Source of the DNA: Candidatus Latescibacterota bacterium
GTDB taxonomy: Bacteria; Latescibacterota; UBA2968; UBA8231
Assembly (NCBI GenBank): GCA_965203175.1
Contig: OZ241867.1
Location: forward strand, 1,472,001 to 1,536,000
DNA: 64,000 nt
Direction of reading: 5' to 3'
Shown: piece by piece, positions 55,524 through 64,000 of the stretch
Numbering within the stretch: position 1 is the first letter of the stretch
Layout: every line of letters begins with the position of its first letter
The notes under the pieces: generated by a model
Seen by the model: only the letters and a program-made list of their open reading frames with translations
The model's database searches: none
Told to the model about the DNA's origin: nothing
Made by a program: the position numbers and the translations under genes

Positions 55524-56495
55524 TTAGGCACAGACGGCCGCGTCCGCATTCCAGCGGTTGAAAGGGGTATGCGCCTCTTGCGCCAGCCGGTCACGCGTGT
55601 CGCGCCATAGCCTTTCCCACGCCACTGGATCGCGCAAGACGCTTTCTGGATTAGCTCTGCTGCGAGCGACAAAGCCGGGGAAGAGATCGCGGCCCGTGGG
55701 CTGGCCGATTGGATTGTAGCGCAAGTCAAAGCTCCAGCGCACGTCGTCGCTGTTGTTGGCCAGCGAGCCGTGGATGGTGTGTTGAGTGAGGAAAAGCACA
55801 TCGCCGGGCTGCATGGGCACTGGCATCGCCGCGTCCATGTCCATAAACAACTCGGGTATCCACAGCCCCCCCGGTCCTCCCGGGCAGTGAGTTTGCAGCC
55901 CTCGCCGATGGCTGCGGGGCATAATCCGCAAACAGCCGTTTTCGAGCGTCGCCTCATTGAGCGGGAACCACACCGTCAAGACCTCCGAGTCGTCGGCTTC
56001 GGGCAGGACCACGCCGTTGTCTTGGTGCCAGTTGGTGGCGCTGACTAGGGCTTGGCCGTTGTGGTTTTTGGGCACTAGGCGCTCAGGCGGTTTGAGGCGC
56101 ACGTGCTGGACGGGGTTGGACCAAATCTCCGGGCCGACGATGGACTCGACCGCGTCGAGGAGGTCGGGGTTGGTAATGCAGCGAAAGACGGCTGGCCCGG
56201 CCCAAAAGGGAGTGTCGGCATCGATACCCGTCTGGGGCAGGGAGAAGTCGAAGTACTGGGCGTGGATCTGGCCGCTCTCGACGACGATTTGCGTCAGGCG
56301 CTTGCCAAAGGGCAGGTCGTCGTACGTGGATGCGATCTGGCCAGCTTGGTAGAGCTCGCGAGCGAGCTTGTCGAGGACGCCGTGGTATTCGTCGATAATG
56401 GGCTGGATGACCTCGTCCACATCGAGCATCCCTCTCACTAGTAGGTAGCCTTCTTCGTCAAAGTGTGCGAGTTGTTCGTCCGTCAAGCATAGCAT
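55524..56495 (-). CDS. PhyH-family dioxygenase
   Basis: FDEEGY, WHQD, NGCL..PRSH, PGDVLF...IHGS, RWSFDLRY; GGAGG SD before 56495. Confidence 0.93.
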   Translation of the reverse strand: MLCLTDEQLAHFDEEGYLLVRGMLDVDEVIQPIIDEYHGVLDKLARELYQAGQIASTYDDLPFGKRLTQIVVESGQIHAQYFDFSLPQTGIDADTPFWAGPAVFRCITNPDLLDAVESIVGPEIWSNPVQHVRLKPPERLVPKNHNGQALVSATNWHQDNGVVLPEADDSEVLTVWFPLNEATLENGCLRIMPRSHRRGLQTHCPGGPGGLWIPELFMDMDAAMPVPMQPGDVLFLTQHTIHGSLANNSDDVRWSFDLRYNPIGQPTGRDLFPGFVARSRANPESVLRDPVAWERLWRDTRDRLAQEAHTPFNRWNADAAVCA

Positions 56496-56587
56496 ATGCT
56501 TTCCTCCGTGGGTTGAAGGATTCAATCTGCGCTTGAATATAGCGCGATATGGTCCGTTTGCGAATAGTTGAAAGGAGAAGCGCCGCA

Positions 56588-57517
56588 ATGGCTATGGATT
56601 TTCCCAAACTCGATGAAGCCCTGCGCTTGGAACGCTTGACGCCGCCGATAGACAAAGTGCGGATAGTGCTCGACACTGATACGTACAACGAAATCGACGA
56701 CCAGTTCGCAGTGGTCCAAGCGCTACTCTCGCCCGATCAGCTCGCGGTCGAGGCGATCTACGCGGCGCCTTTCTACAACATCCGTTCGTCTGGACCGGGC
56801 GACGGAATGGAGAAAAGCTACGCGGAAATCCTGCGGCTATTGGAGCGGTTGGACATTGCGCCGGAGGGCTTGGTGTTCCGGGGAGCGACGGATATACTGC
56901 GGGACGACGCGCCGCAGGAAAGCGCGGCGGTCGATGACCTAATCGCCAAGGCCAAAACCACCGACCCGCTCTACGTGATAGCTATCGGCGCGCTGACCAA
57001 CGTGGCCTCGGCTATCCTGCAAGATCCTGCCATAATCGAGCGAATCGTCGTGGTCTGGCTCGGCGGCCACGCGCTCTACTGGCCGACCGCGGACGAATTC
57101 AACCTCCAAGGCGATCTCGTAGCAGCGCAGGTAGTCTTCGACTGTGGCGTCCCCTTCGTCCAGATTCCATGCCACCCCGTGGCCTCGCACTTGCAGACGA
57201 CGCTGGCGGAGCTGGAGCGCTTCGTCAAGGGGCGGGGGACAATTGGCGACTATCTGGTCGAGATATTCGCCGCCTATGCCCAAGGCCACTTCGCCGCTTC
57301 CAAGGTAATTTGGGACATGTCGGCAGTTGCTTGGCTACTCGACGCATCGTGGGTACCGACCGACGTGGTACATAGCCCGGTGCTGACCGAGCAGAAGACT
57401 TGGAGCCACGACCCGTCGCGGCACTTTATGCGGGTGGCGCGAACGGTGCGGCGCGATGCGATTTTCGGGGACTTATTCGAGAAATTGCAGAAATGGGCGG
57501 AAAAGCTCGACGCATAG
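56588..57517 (+). CDS. Nucleoside hydrolase (IUNH) family protein
   Basis: DTDTYNEIDD, IGALTNVA, WLGG, EFN, WD. Confidence 0.9.
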   Translation: MAMDFPKLDEALRLERLTPPIDKVRIVLDTDTYNEIDDQFAVVQALLSPDQLAVEAIYAAPFYNIRSSGPGDGMEKSYAEILRLLERLDIAPEGLVFRGATDILRDDAPQESAAVDDLIAKAKTTDPLYVIAIGALTNVASAILQDPAIIERIVVVWLGGHALYWPTADEFNLQGDLVAAQVVFDCGVPFVQIPCHPVASHLQTTLAELERFVKGRGTIGDYLVEIFAAYAQGHFAASKVIWDMSAVAWLLDASWVPTDVVHSPVLTEQKTWSHDPSRHFMRVARTVRRDAIFGDLFEKLQKWAEKLDA

Positions 57518-57535
57518 CAGGCCGATTGTCAATCA

Positions 57536-57564
57536 TTGCGCCGGAGCCAGTCGATTTGTAGCAT
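57536..57564 (+). promoter_or_regulatory. Putative promoter TTGCGC-N17-TAGCAT, likely giving a leaderless topB mRNA
   Basis: The -10 box ends 6 nt before ATG 57571; no SD present. Confidence 0.45.
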
Positions 57565-57570
57565 AAATCC

Positions 57571-60054
57571 ATGGCCACCGTCGTCCTCACCGAAAAGCCC
57601 AGCGTGGCGCGCGACATTGCCCGAGTCCTAAGAGCCAACAAACGCGGCCAAGGCTACGTCGAAGGCAACGGCTATATCGTCACTTGGGCATTAGGGCATC
57701 TCGTGCAATTCGCCGAGCCGGACGATTACGGCCCGCCTTGGAAGGGCCGCTGGTCCTTTGCCCAGCTACCGATGATCCCCGAGCAGTGGAAACTCAAGAC
57801 GACGCGCTCGACCTCCGACCAGTACCAAATCGTCAAAAAACTGATCAACAGTCCCCAGACGGAGCGCGTCATCTGCGCCACGGACGCCGGACGCGAGGGC
57901 GAACACATCTTTCGCCTGATATACGAGCACGCCCGCTGCAAAAAGCCGTTTAGCAGGCTGTGGGTTTCGAGCCTGACCGACGAGGCGATCCAGAGCGGCT
58001 TCCGAGCCCTGCAGGAAGGAGCGGCCTTCGATCATCTCGCTGCGGCTGCGCGGGCGCGCGGCCAAGCCGATTGGCTGATGGGCATGAACCTGACCCGCGC
58101 CTATACCGTCCACAACAAAGCGCTCTGCACCATTGGCCGCGTGCAGACGCCGACCCTGTCCATGGTAGTCAAGCGCGACGCGGCGATTGCCAGCTTTGTA
58201 AAGGCGTACTTTTACGAGTTAGTAGCGCAGTTAGAAGAGGGCTTTGCCGCCAAGTACTGCAAGGACGGCCAGACGCGCATCGACAAGAAGGAGGAAGCCG
58301 AGCGCCTGCATCGCCAACTCAGCCCCAACAAGGTCGGCACCGTCCGCAAAATCGAGAAGAAAGTCAAAAGAAACCGGCCTCCCCCCCTCTACGACCTCAA
58401 CAATCTCCAGCGCGACGCCAACCGCTGCTTTGGCTTTACCGCGGCGCAAACCCTCGAACGCGCCCAAGCCCTGTACGAAACCCACAAGCTCATCACGTAC
58501 CCGCGCACCGAGAGCCGCCACATCTCCGAAGACATGGTGCCCAAGTTGCCCGGTATCCTCGAAAAGCTAGCGCACCCGCAGGCATCAGTCGCGCTGGAGC
58601 GCCTGCGCGGCGGACATCGGCTCAGCAGAGCGTATGTCGATCGCACCAAACTAACCGATCACCACGCCATTATTCCCACCGGACAACAGCCCGCCCCCAA
58701 TCTCGCACCAGACTTACAGAAGGTGTACGACTTGGTGGTGGCGCGCTTTGTCGGCATCTTTCTGCCCGACCAACAGGTCGAGGAGACGACCGTCTTGCTC
58801 GACATCGGCGGTGCCGACTTTGTTGCCAAAGGGTCTGTCGTCTTAGAGGCGGGCTGGACGGTCGTCGCCATACGGCCTCCAAACACTGCAAAGAGTAAAG
58901 AGAAGGAAGACGACGACCAGCGGGCGCTCCCGCCGCTGCAACAAGGTCAGCAAGTTCACGTAACGAGCATGGATGTGGTCGAAAAGGAAACCCAGCCGCC
59001 GCGGCCCTACACAGACGCCACGCTCCTAGCGGCGATGAAGAACGCCGGCCGCGAAATCGAGGACGACGAGTTGGCCGCGGCCATGAAGGAATCGGGGCTG
59101 GGCACGCCGGCCACGCGAGCCGAAACCATCGAAAAGCTGATTCGCACCGGCTATGTAGTCCGCGACCGCAAGGCGATCACCTCGACGGAGAAGGGCAAAG
59201 CACTCGTAGGTTTGGTGGCCGAATCCTTGCGCAGCCCAGAGCTGACGGGCGAGTGGGAGCAACAACTCAAGGAAATCGAGGAAGGGCAGCGGCCAGTAGC
59301 GGGGTTCTACGAAGGAATCGCCGATTTGGTGAGGACGCTAGTGCCCAAGGTCCAGCAAGGACCGGCACTCTCGCCCGAGCAAGCGGCGCAAGCACAAGGC
59401 AAGCAAAGGGGCAAAGGTAAGGGCCGCGGCAAAGTGTTAGGGCCTTGTCCCAAGTGCAAAGAAGGCCAAGTAGTAGAAAACGCCAAAGCGTATGGATGCA
59501 GCCGCTACCGGGAGGGTTGCAACTTCACTATCTGGAAGACGGTGGCGCGCAAGAAGCTGACCGAAAAACAGGCGCGATTGTTGATGGCCAATGGCCGCAC
59601 CGAAAAGATGCAGGGCTTTATCTCCAAGGCCGGTAAGAAGTTTGCAGCGCGGCTCAAATTCGACGATGAGTTCAAGGTTGTCTTCGAGTTTGATGAGCGG
59701 CCGCGGAATGGCTCCTCAAAGTCGGAGGGACGCCCCTCGCTCCACGAGAAGCCGCCAGAGGAGACCACCCAATCCACCTCCGCCCTCACCTGTCCCAAGT
59801 GCCAACAGGGCCAAATCATCGAGGGCCAACGCGGCTTTGGCTGCAATCGCTATCGCGAGGGGTGCGACTTCGTGGTGTGGAAGGAAATGGCGGGCAAGAA
59901 GCTGACCGAAAAGCAAATCCACACCTTGATCGCCAAAGGCAAAACCGGAGTGATCAAGGGCTTCAAAAGCAAAAAAGGCAGCAAATTCGACGCACGGTTG
60001 AAGCTCGGGCCGGAGTGCAAGGCCGCGTTTGATTTTCCCGCCGATGCGCGCTGA
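57571..60054 (+). CDS. topB: DNA topoisomerase III with two C-terminal Cys-containing repeats
   Basis: EKPSVA, ATDAGREGE, GRVQTPT, ITYPRT, DHHAI, GLGTPATRA; two CPKC..G..C...C.F..WK / GF.SK.G.KF.ARL repeats. Confidence 0.95.
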   Translation: MATVVLTEKPSVARDIARVLRANKRGQGYVEGNGYIVTWALGHLVQFAEPDDYGPPWKGRWSFAQLPMIPEQWKLKTTRSTSDQYQIVKKLINSPQTERVICATDAGREGEHIFRLIYEHARCKKPFSRLWVSSLTDEAIQSGFRALQEGAAFDHLAAAARARGQADWLMGMNLTRAYTVHNKALCTIGRVQTPTLSMVVKRDAAIASFVKAYFYELVAQLEEGFAAKYCKDGQTRIDKKEEAERLHRQLSPNKVGTVRKIEKKVKRNRPPPLYDLNNLQRDANRCFGFTAAQTLERAQALYETHKLITYPRTESRHISEDMVPKLPGILEKLAHPQASVALERLRGGHRLSRAYVDRTKLTDHHAIIPTGQQPAPNLAPDLQKVYDLVVARFVGIFLPDQQVEETTVLLDIGGADFVAKGSVVLEAGWTVVAIRPPNTAKSKEKEDDDQRALPPLQQGQQVHVTSMDVVEKETQPPRPYTDATLLAAMKNAGREIEDDELAAAMKESGLGTPATRAETIEKLIRTGYVVRDRKAITSTEKGKALVGLVAESLRSPELTGEWEQQLKEIEEGQRPVAGFYEGIADLVRTLVPKVQQGPALSPEQAAQAQGKQRGKGKGRGKVLGPCPKCKEGQVVENAKAYGCSRYREGCNFTIWKTVARKKLTEKQARLLMANGRTEKMQGFISKAGKKFAARLKFDDEFKVVFEFDERPRNGSSKSEGRPSLHEKPPEETTQSTSALTCPKCQQGQIIEGQRGFGCNRYREGCDFVVWKEMAGKKLTEKQIHTLIAKGKTGVIKGFKSKKGSKFDARLKLGPECKAAFDFPADAR

Positions 60055-60055
60055 T

Positions 60056-60634
60056 ATGGCCCTTCAACGCTGCCCGTGGCTCGACCTCGACAAACCCGAT
60101 TACGTCGCGTACCACGACCGCGAGTGGGGCGTCCCAGTCCACGACGACCGCAAGCACTTCGAGTTTCTCACCCTCGAATCCGCCCAAGCCGGCCTCAGTT
60201 GGTACACCGTCCTTCGCAAGCGAGCCAACTACCGCCAAGCCTTCGCCGAATTCGATCCCGCCAAGGTCGCCCGCTTCAGCGCGGTTACGGTCGAACAAAT
60301 GCTCCAAGACCCCGGGCTCATTCGCAACCGCCGCAAGATTGGCGCGGCCGTAGAAAACGCCCGGCACTTCCTCGCCGTGCAGGACGAATTCGGCAGCTTC
60401 AGCGCCTATATCTGGCGCTTTGTCGATGGCGAGCCAATAGTCAACGAGTTTCGCACTCTCGCCGATTTACCAGCCACCAGCCGCGAATCCGATGCCTTGA
60501 GCAAAGACCTCAAAAGCCGCGGTTTCAAATTCATCGGCTCGACCGTCATCTACGCCCACATGCAGGCCACCGGCATGGTCAACGACCACGTACTCGACTG
60601 CTTCCGCCGCAGTCAGATTCTCAACGCGGGATAG
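60056..60634 (+). CDS. tag: DNA-3-methyladenine glycosylase I
   Basis: RCPW, YHDREWG, LESAQAGLSW, IRNRRKI, GFKFIG, NDH..C. Confidence 0.96.
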   Translation: MALQRCPWLDLDKPDYVAYHDREWGVPVHDDRKHFEFLTLESAQAGLSWYTVLRKRANYRQAFAEFDPAKVARFSAVTVEQMLQDPGLIRNRRKIGAAVENARHFLAVQDEFGSFSAYIWRFVDGEPIVNEFRTLADLPATSRESDALSKDLKSRGFKFIGSTVIYAHMQATGMVNDHVLDCFRRSQILNAG

Positions 60635-60687
60635 CACTCCCACCGTTTCCATGCTCAACAACGCACCCAATGCAGCAGTCTGAAAAA

Positions 60688-60716
60688 TTGTCAAACTAGC
60701 GCGGCTTGCGTATCGT
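60688..60716 (+). promoter_or_regulatory. Putative sigma70 promoter TTGTCA-N17-TATCGT
   Basis: Near-consensus, upstream of 60755. Confidence 0.5.
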
Positions 60717-60754
60717 TTCCGACCCAACCCCTTCACCCCACCAAGGAGCCTCTC

Positions 60755-61753
60755 ATGCACGTCGGCACCCAGCAGTTCAATACATCGGACGAAGACCTCG
60801 AATATCTGGCCCGTCACGGAGTCTTCAACAAGAACGAAAACTTCATTGCGTTCCACCGCGAATACGGTTGGGACGTCGAAGAGTTGGTCGCCAAGAAGGA
60901 GAAGTGCGCTCGCTTCGGCATCAATATGGAGATGGTCGCCCTGCCCATAGCCCAATTCAACGTCAACGGCGAGGCCGTCCCCAACTTCATGATGGGCAAC
61001 TACGAAGAGGGCGATAAGGAAATCAATCTAGTCATCAACATGGTGCGGCAGGCGGCCGAAGCCGGCATCCCTGCCATCAAATACTACCTCTGCGCCCTCG
61101 AAAACCAGCGCACCGAAAGCACGCCTCCCGGCCGCGGCGGCTCCATCTACAGCACTTGGGATCTCGAAAAGGCCGACGCCGATACGCCGCGCTACGACAA
61201 ACCAGTCACCGCAGAGGAAAACTGGCGTCGCATCACCTACTTCTTGGAGCGGGTCATCCCGGTCGCCACCGAGTGCAAGATCCGCATGGCCTGCCATCCC
61301 TGCGACCCCTGGCTACCGCCCGGCTATAGGAGCGTCGATCGCGTGATGGGGGGCTTTGACGGCTTCAAGCACTTTATCGAGATCTGTCCCAGCCCCTATC
61401 ACGGCGTCAATCTCTGCTTGGGCTGCATGGCCGAAAGCGTCGAAGACCCGCTCAACGAGGTCCCCGAGATCATCCGCTATTTAGGCTCGCGCAACAAGAT
61501 TTTTCTCTGCCACTTCCGCAACATCGTCGGCAAGCGCAACAAGTTTCAAGAGGTCTGGCCGGATGAAGGGGTGATGAACATGCACCGCAACATGCAGGCG
61601 CTCAAAGAAGTGGGCTACCAGCACATGTGCGTCCCCGATCACGCGCCCGGGCACAAGGATCCCCACAGTATGCGCCAAGCTTTCGCCTACGAGTTCGGCT
61701 ATATCCAAGCCATGATCCAAGCGGTGATGGACGAGAATGGAGCGAGCGCGTGA
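60755..61753 (+). CDS. uxuA: Mannonate dehydratase (UxuA)-like protein
   Basis: MACHPCDP, LCLG, HFRNI, EVWPDEG, PDHAP, FGYIQA. Family-level call. Confidence 0.78.
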   Translation: MHVGTQQFNTSDEDLEYLARHGVFNKNENFIAFHREYGWDVEELVAKKEKCARFGINMEMVALPIAQFNVNGEAVPNFMMGNYEEGDKEINLVINMVRQAAEAGIPAIKYYLCALENQRTESTPPGRGGSIYSTWDLEKADADTPRYDKPVTAEENWRRITYFLERVIPVATECKIRMACHPCDPWLPPGYRSVDRVMGGFDGFKHFIEICPSPYHGVNLCLGCMAESVEDPLNEVPEIIRYLGSRNKIFLCHFRNIVGKRNKFQEVWPDEGVMNMHRNMQALKEVGYQHMCVPDHAPGHKDPHSMRQAFAYEFGYIQAMIQAVMDENGASA

Positions 61754-61822
61754 CCACATTTTGCAGCGCAGAGACCGGCAAGGGGCTACTAGCGGCCTCT
61801 TGCCGATCTCGCTAGGTAGCCC

Positions 61823-62635
61823 ATGAACACCGCCCATCCACTGCGCGACATCGAGCGCATTGACGGGCCGCCCGGCCCGTATCTCGCAGCAATCGGCACC
61901 ATCTTTGCCACCTTCGGCGCGCCCACCCAAGACTCGGGCAATGTCTCCTATGGCGTGCAGGTCGGCGGCGAGCGCTTCTTCGTCAAAACCACCGATCCCG
62001 AGGCCGAGGTATTCGGCGACTACACCGCCCGCGTGGCGCTCCTGTACAATGCGGCTCGACTCAGGAGCAGTTGCAATCATCCGACCTTGCCAGCGCTGCA
62101 TCGCATCGTCGAAACTTCACACGGTCCGGCACTTGTGTACGACTGGATTGACGGCGAGTGCCTATACGGTGGACGCGACGATCCGCAATCGGCGCATCAG
62201 CGATTTCGCCACCTGCCCGCCGACGCCATTCTCGCTGTGCTCGACTCGATCTACGACTTGCACGTCCAGCTCGTCCGACTCGGGTGGATTGCCGTGGACT
62301 TCTACGATGGCTGTCTGATGTACGACTTCGAACGTCAAGCTGTGCACGTTGTGGATCTCGATAACTATCACTTGGGGGTATTCACCAATCAGATGGGGCG
62401 GATGTTTGGCTCGACTCGCTTTATGGCTCCAGAGGAATTCGAGCGCGGCGCGCTAATCGACGAGCGCACGACCGTCTTCACCATGGGCCGCACCGCATTC
62501 GTATGCCTCGGCGACGATATCGGCGGCGCGATGGAGGAGGTCGTACGCCGCGCCTGTCGCCAAGAGCGCGAAGCACGCTACCGCTCTATGGAGGAATTTT
62601 ACGCGGCTTGGCAGCAGGCGCGGCGGTTAGGATAG
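61823..62635 (+). CDS. Ser/Thr protein kinase-like protein
   Basis: FFVK, VYDWIDG, VDFYDGCL, VDLD, GSTRFMAPEE, TVFTMG, ARY. Confidence 0.85.
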   Translation: MNTAHPLRDIERIDGPPGPYLAAIGTIFATFGAPTQDSGNVSYGVQVGGERFFVKTTDPEAEVFGDYTARVALLYNAARLRSSCNHPTLPALHRIVETSHGPALVYDWIDGECLYGGRDDPQSAHQRFRHLPADAILAVLDSIYDLHVQLVRLGWIAVDFYDGCLMYDFERQAVHVVDLDNYHLGVFTNQMGRMFGSTRFMAPEEFERGALIDERTTVFTMGRTAFVCLGDDIGGAMEEVVRRACRQEREARYRSMEEFYAAWQQARRLG

Positions 62636-62730
62636 GTTCCGTCTGCTGTATCCTTCAGGTACCAACGCCGTATCGCCTAGTTCCCATTCTGCACTTTAAC
62701 ATCCCCACCGGCCTCAGAGCACATCCCCGC

Positions 62731-62745
62731 TGGCACGGTTCTTGT
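62731..62745 (+). promoter_or_regulatory. Possible sigma54 promoter TGGCAC-N5-TTGT
   Basis: One mismatch to TGGCAC-N5-TTGC (in the -12 GC); ~33 nt before the comM ATG. Confidence 0.35.
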
Positions 62746-62777
62746 TTCCTGTTACCTATTTCAAGGAAAGGAACCGC

Positions 62778-64000
62778 ATGCCCTCCACTGTCCTCTCGGC
62801 CGCCACGCTCGGGATTGACGCGTACCCGGTCCACGTCGAAGTCGATACCGACCGCAGCTTGCCGACCTTCACAGTCGTCGGCCTGCCCGACTCCGCAGTG
62901 CGCGAAAGCAAGGAGCGCGTCTTGGCGGCCATCAAAAACGCCGGCTATCAGTGGCCGCGCCGCAAGGTCACCATCAATCTCGCACCGGCCGATCGCAAAA
63001 AGGAAGGCTCGGCTTTTGACCTGCCCATAGCCGTCGGCGTCTTGGCGGCCTCCCGGCAGATCAAGCCCCTGGGGCTCGCCGAGTTCGCGCTCTTGGGCGA
63101 GTTATCGCTCAACGGCAACGTGCGCCCGGTGCACGGCATGCTTTCCATGGCCACATCCCTGCACCAGCAGGGCCTCTACGGCATGATCGTGCCGACGCAA
63201 AACGCCCGCGAGGCCGCCATCGCCAATGGACCGCTCGTCTATGGCGTCAGTTCGCTGAGCGAAGCCCTAGCCATTTTGACCGGCGACGCGCGCCAACGGC
63301 CCTACGAATTAAACGTGGAGGAAGTATTTCGCAGCAACGCCAACTACGGGGTTGACTTTGCGGACGTGCGCGGCCAAGATCACGCCAAGCGCGCCCTCGA
63401 AGTCGCCGCTAGCGGAGGGCACAATTTGCTCATGGTCGGGCCGCCTGGGTCGGGCAAGACCATGCTCGCCCGCCGCCTACCCACGATCCTCCCAGCGCCA
63501 ACCCTGCAAGAGGCGCTCGCCACCACCAAGATCCATTCAGTCGCTGGCGTCCTGTCCCCAGGCCAAGCCCTAGTCGCCACCCGGCCCTTCCGCGCCCCGC
63601 ACCACACCATCTCGGACGCTGGCCTCATCGGCGGCGGCGCATATCCCCGCCCGGGCGAGGTGTCGCTCTCCCATCACGGCGTGCTCTTCCTAGACGAGCT
63701 GCCCGAGTTCCGCCGCAACGTCGTCGAGGCCCTGCGCCAGCCGCTCGAAGACCACGCCGTCACCATCACGCGGGCGCAGATCGCGATCGCCTATCCAGCG
63801 GATTTTACCCTCGTCGCAGCGATGAATCCCTGCCCTTGCGGCTATCTTTCGGACGCCCGCCGCACCTGTACCTGCTCTCCGGCCGCAATCCGCCGCTATC
63901 GCGCGCGCGTTTCCGGGCCGCTCCTCGACCGCATCGACATCCACATCGAAGTGCCAGCCCTCGCCTACGACGACTTGGCCAACAAGCAAAGCGGCGAAGA
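62778..64000 (+). CDS. comM: YifB/ComM Mg-chelatase-like AAA+ ATPase (3' end runs off the window)
   Basis: Translated by hand: [80 protein letters not shown]. Confidence 0.95.
   Translation, partial: MPSTVLSAATLGIDAYPVHVEVDTDRSLPTFTVVGLPDSAVRESKERVLAAIKNAGYQWPRRKVTINLAPADRKKEGSAFDLPIAVGVLAASRQIKPLGLAEFALLGELSLNGNVRPVHGMLSMATSLHQQGLYGMIVPTQNAREAAIANGPLVYGVSSLSEALAILTGDARQRPYELNVEEVFRSNANYGVDFADVRGQDHAKRALEVAASGGHNLLMVGPPGSGKTMLARRLPTILPAPTLQEALATTKIHSVAGVLSPGQALVATRPFRAPHHTISDAGLIGGGAYPRPGEVSLSHHGVLFLDELPEFRRNVVEALRQPLEDHAVTITRAQIAIAYPADFTLVAAMNPCPCGYLSDARRTCTCSPAAIRRYRARVSGPLLDRIDIHIEVPALAYDDLANKQSGE

Noticed and set aside
57571-60054. topB as a marker of a conjugative element
   Set aside because: No relaxase or T4SS genes; coupled to tag in a housekeeping context.

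Overview
A 64-kb GC-rich chromosomal window with no rRNA, tRNA or CRISPR array visible. The gene content (11 PhyH-like dioxygenases, a C-terminal TWGxIK motif, FlgD/'FTPNGDGVN' proteins, repeat proteins) suggests an FCB-group candidate phylum such as Latescibacterota or Poribacteria, possibly a sponge symbiont; this is inference only. (1) 1-18.3 kb is a block of almost entirely exported proteins: three paralogous discoidin-like proteins with an FTPNGDGVN/FlgD-Ig C-terminus, two tandem ~950-aa paralogues with Asp-rich Ca-type motifs and beta-barrel-like C-termini, a CBM9-like protein with a TWGQIK tail, a receptor-L-domain LRR protein, a CRTAC1/ASPIC-UnbV protein and a TPR lipoprotein. This is the best candidate for an undescribed surface-display/secretion module. 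(2) 18.4-45.3 kb is a catabolic region: PhyH dioxygenases (three with non-canonical iron ligands), three enolase-superfamily dehydratases (one frameshifted), UxuA-like and IlvD/Edd dehydratases, and three HpcH/HpaI aldolases. (3) 45.4-49.7 kb is a small variable islet: coiled-coil repeat protein, PcfJ, an IS3-family element and an AT-rich orphan. (4) 49.8-64 kb holds an SSS transporter, more PhyH genes, topB-tag, a kinase-like gene and comM. Not explained by the gene list: two ~82-84%-identical direct-repeat scars flanking accessory genes, an in-frame palindromic insert in an aminotransferase, and a conspicuous abundance of CTAG/CCAAG words.
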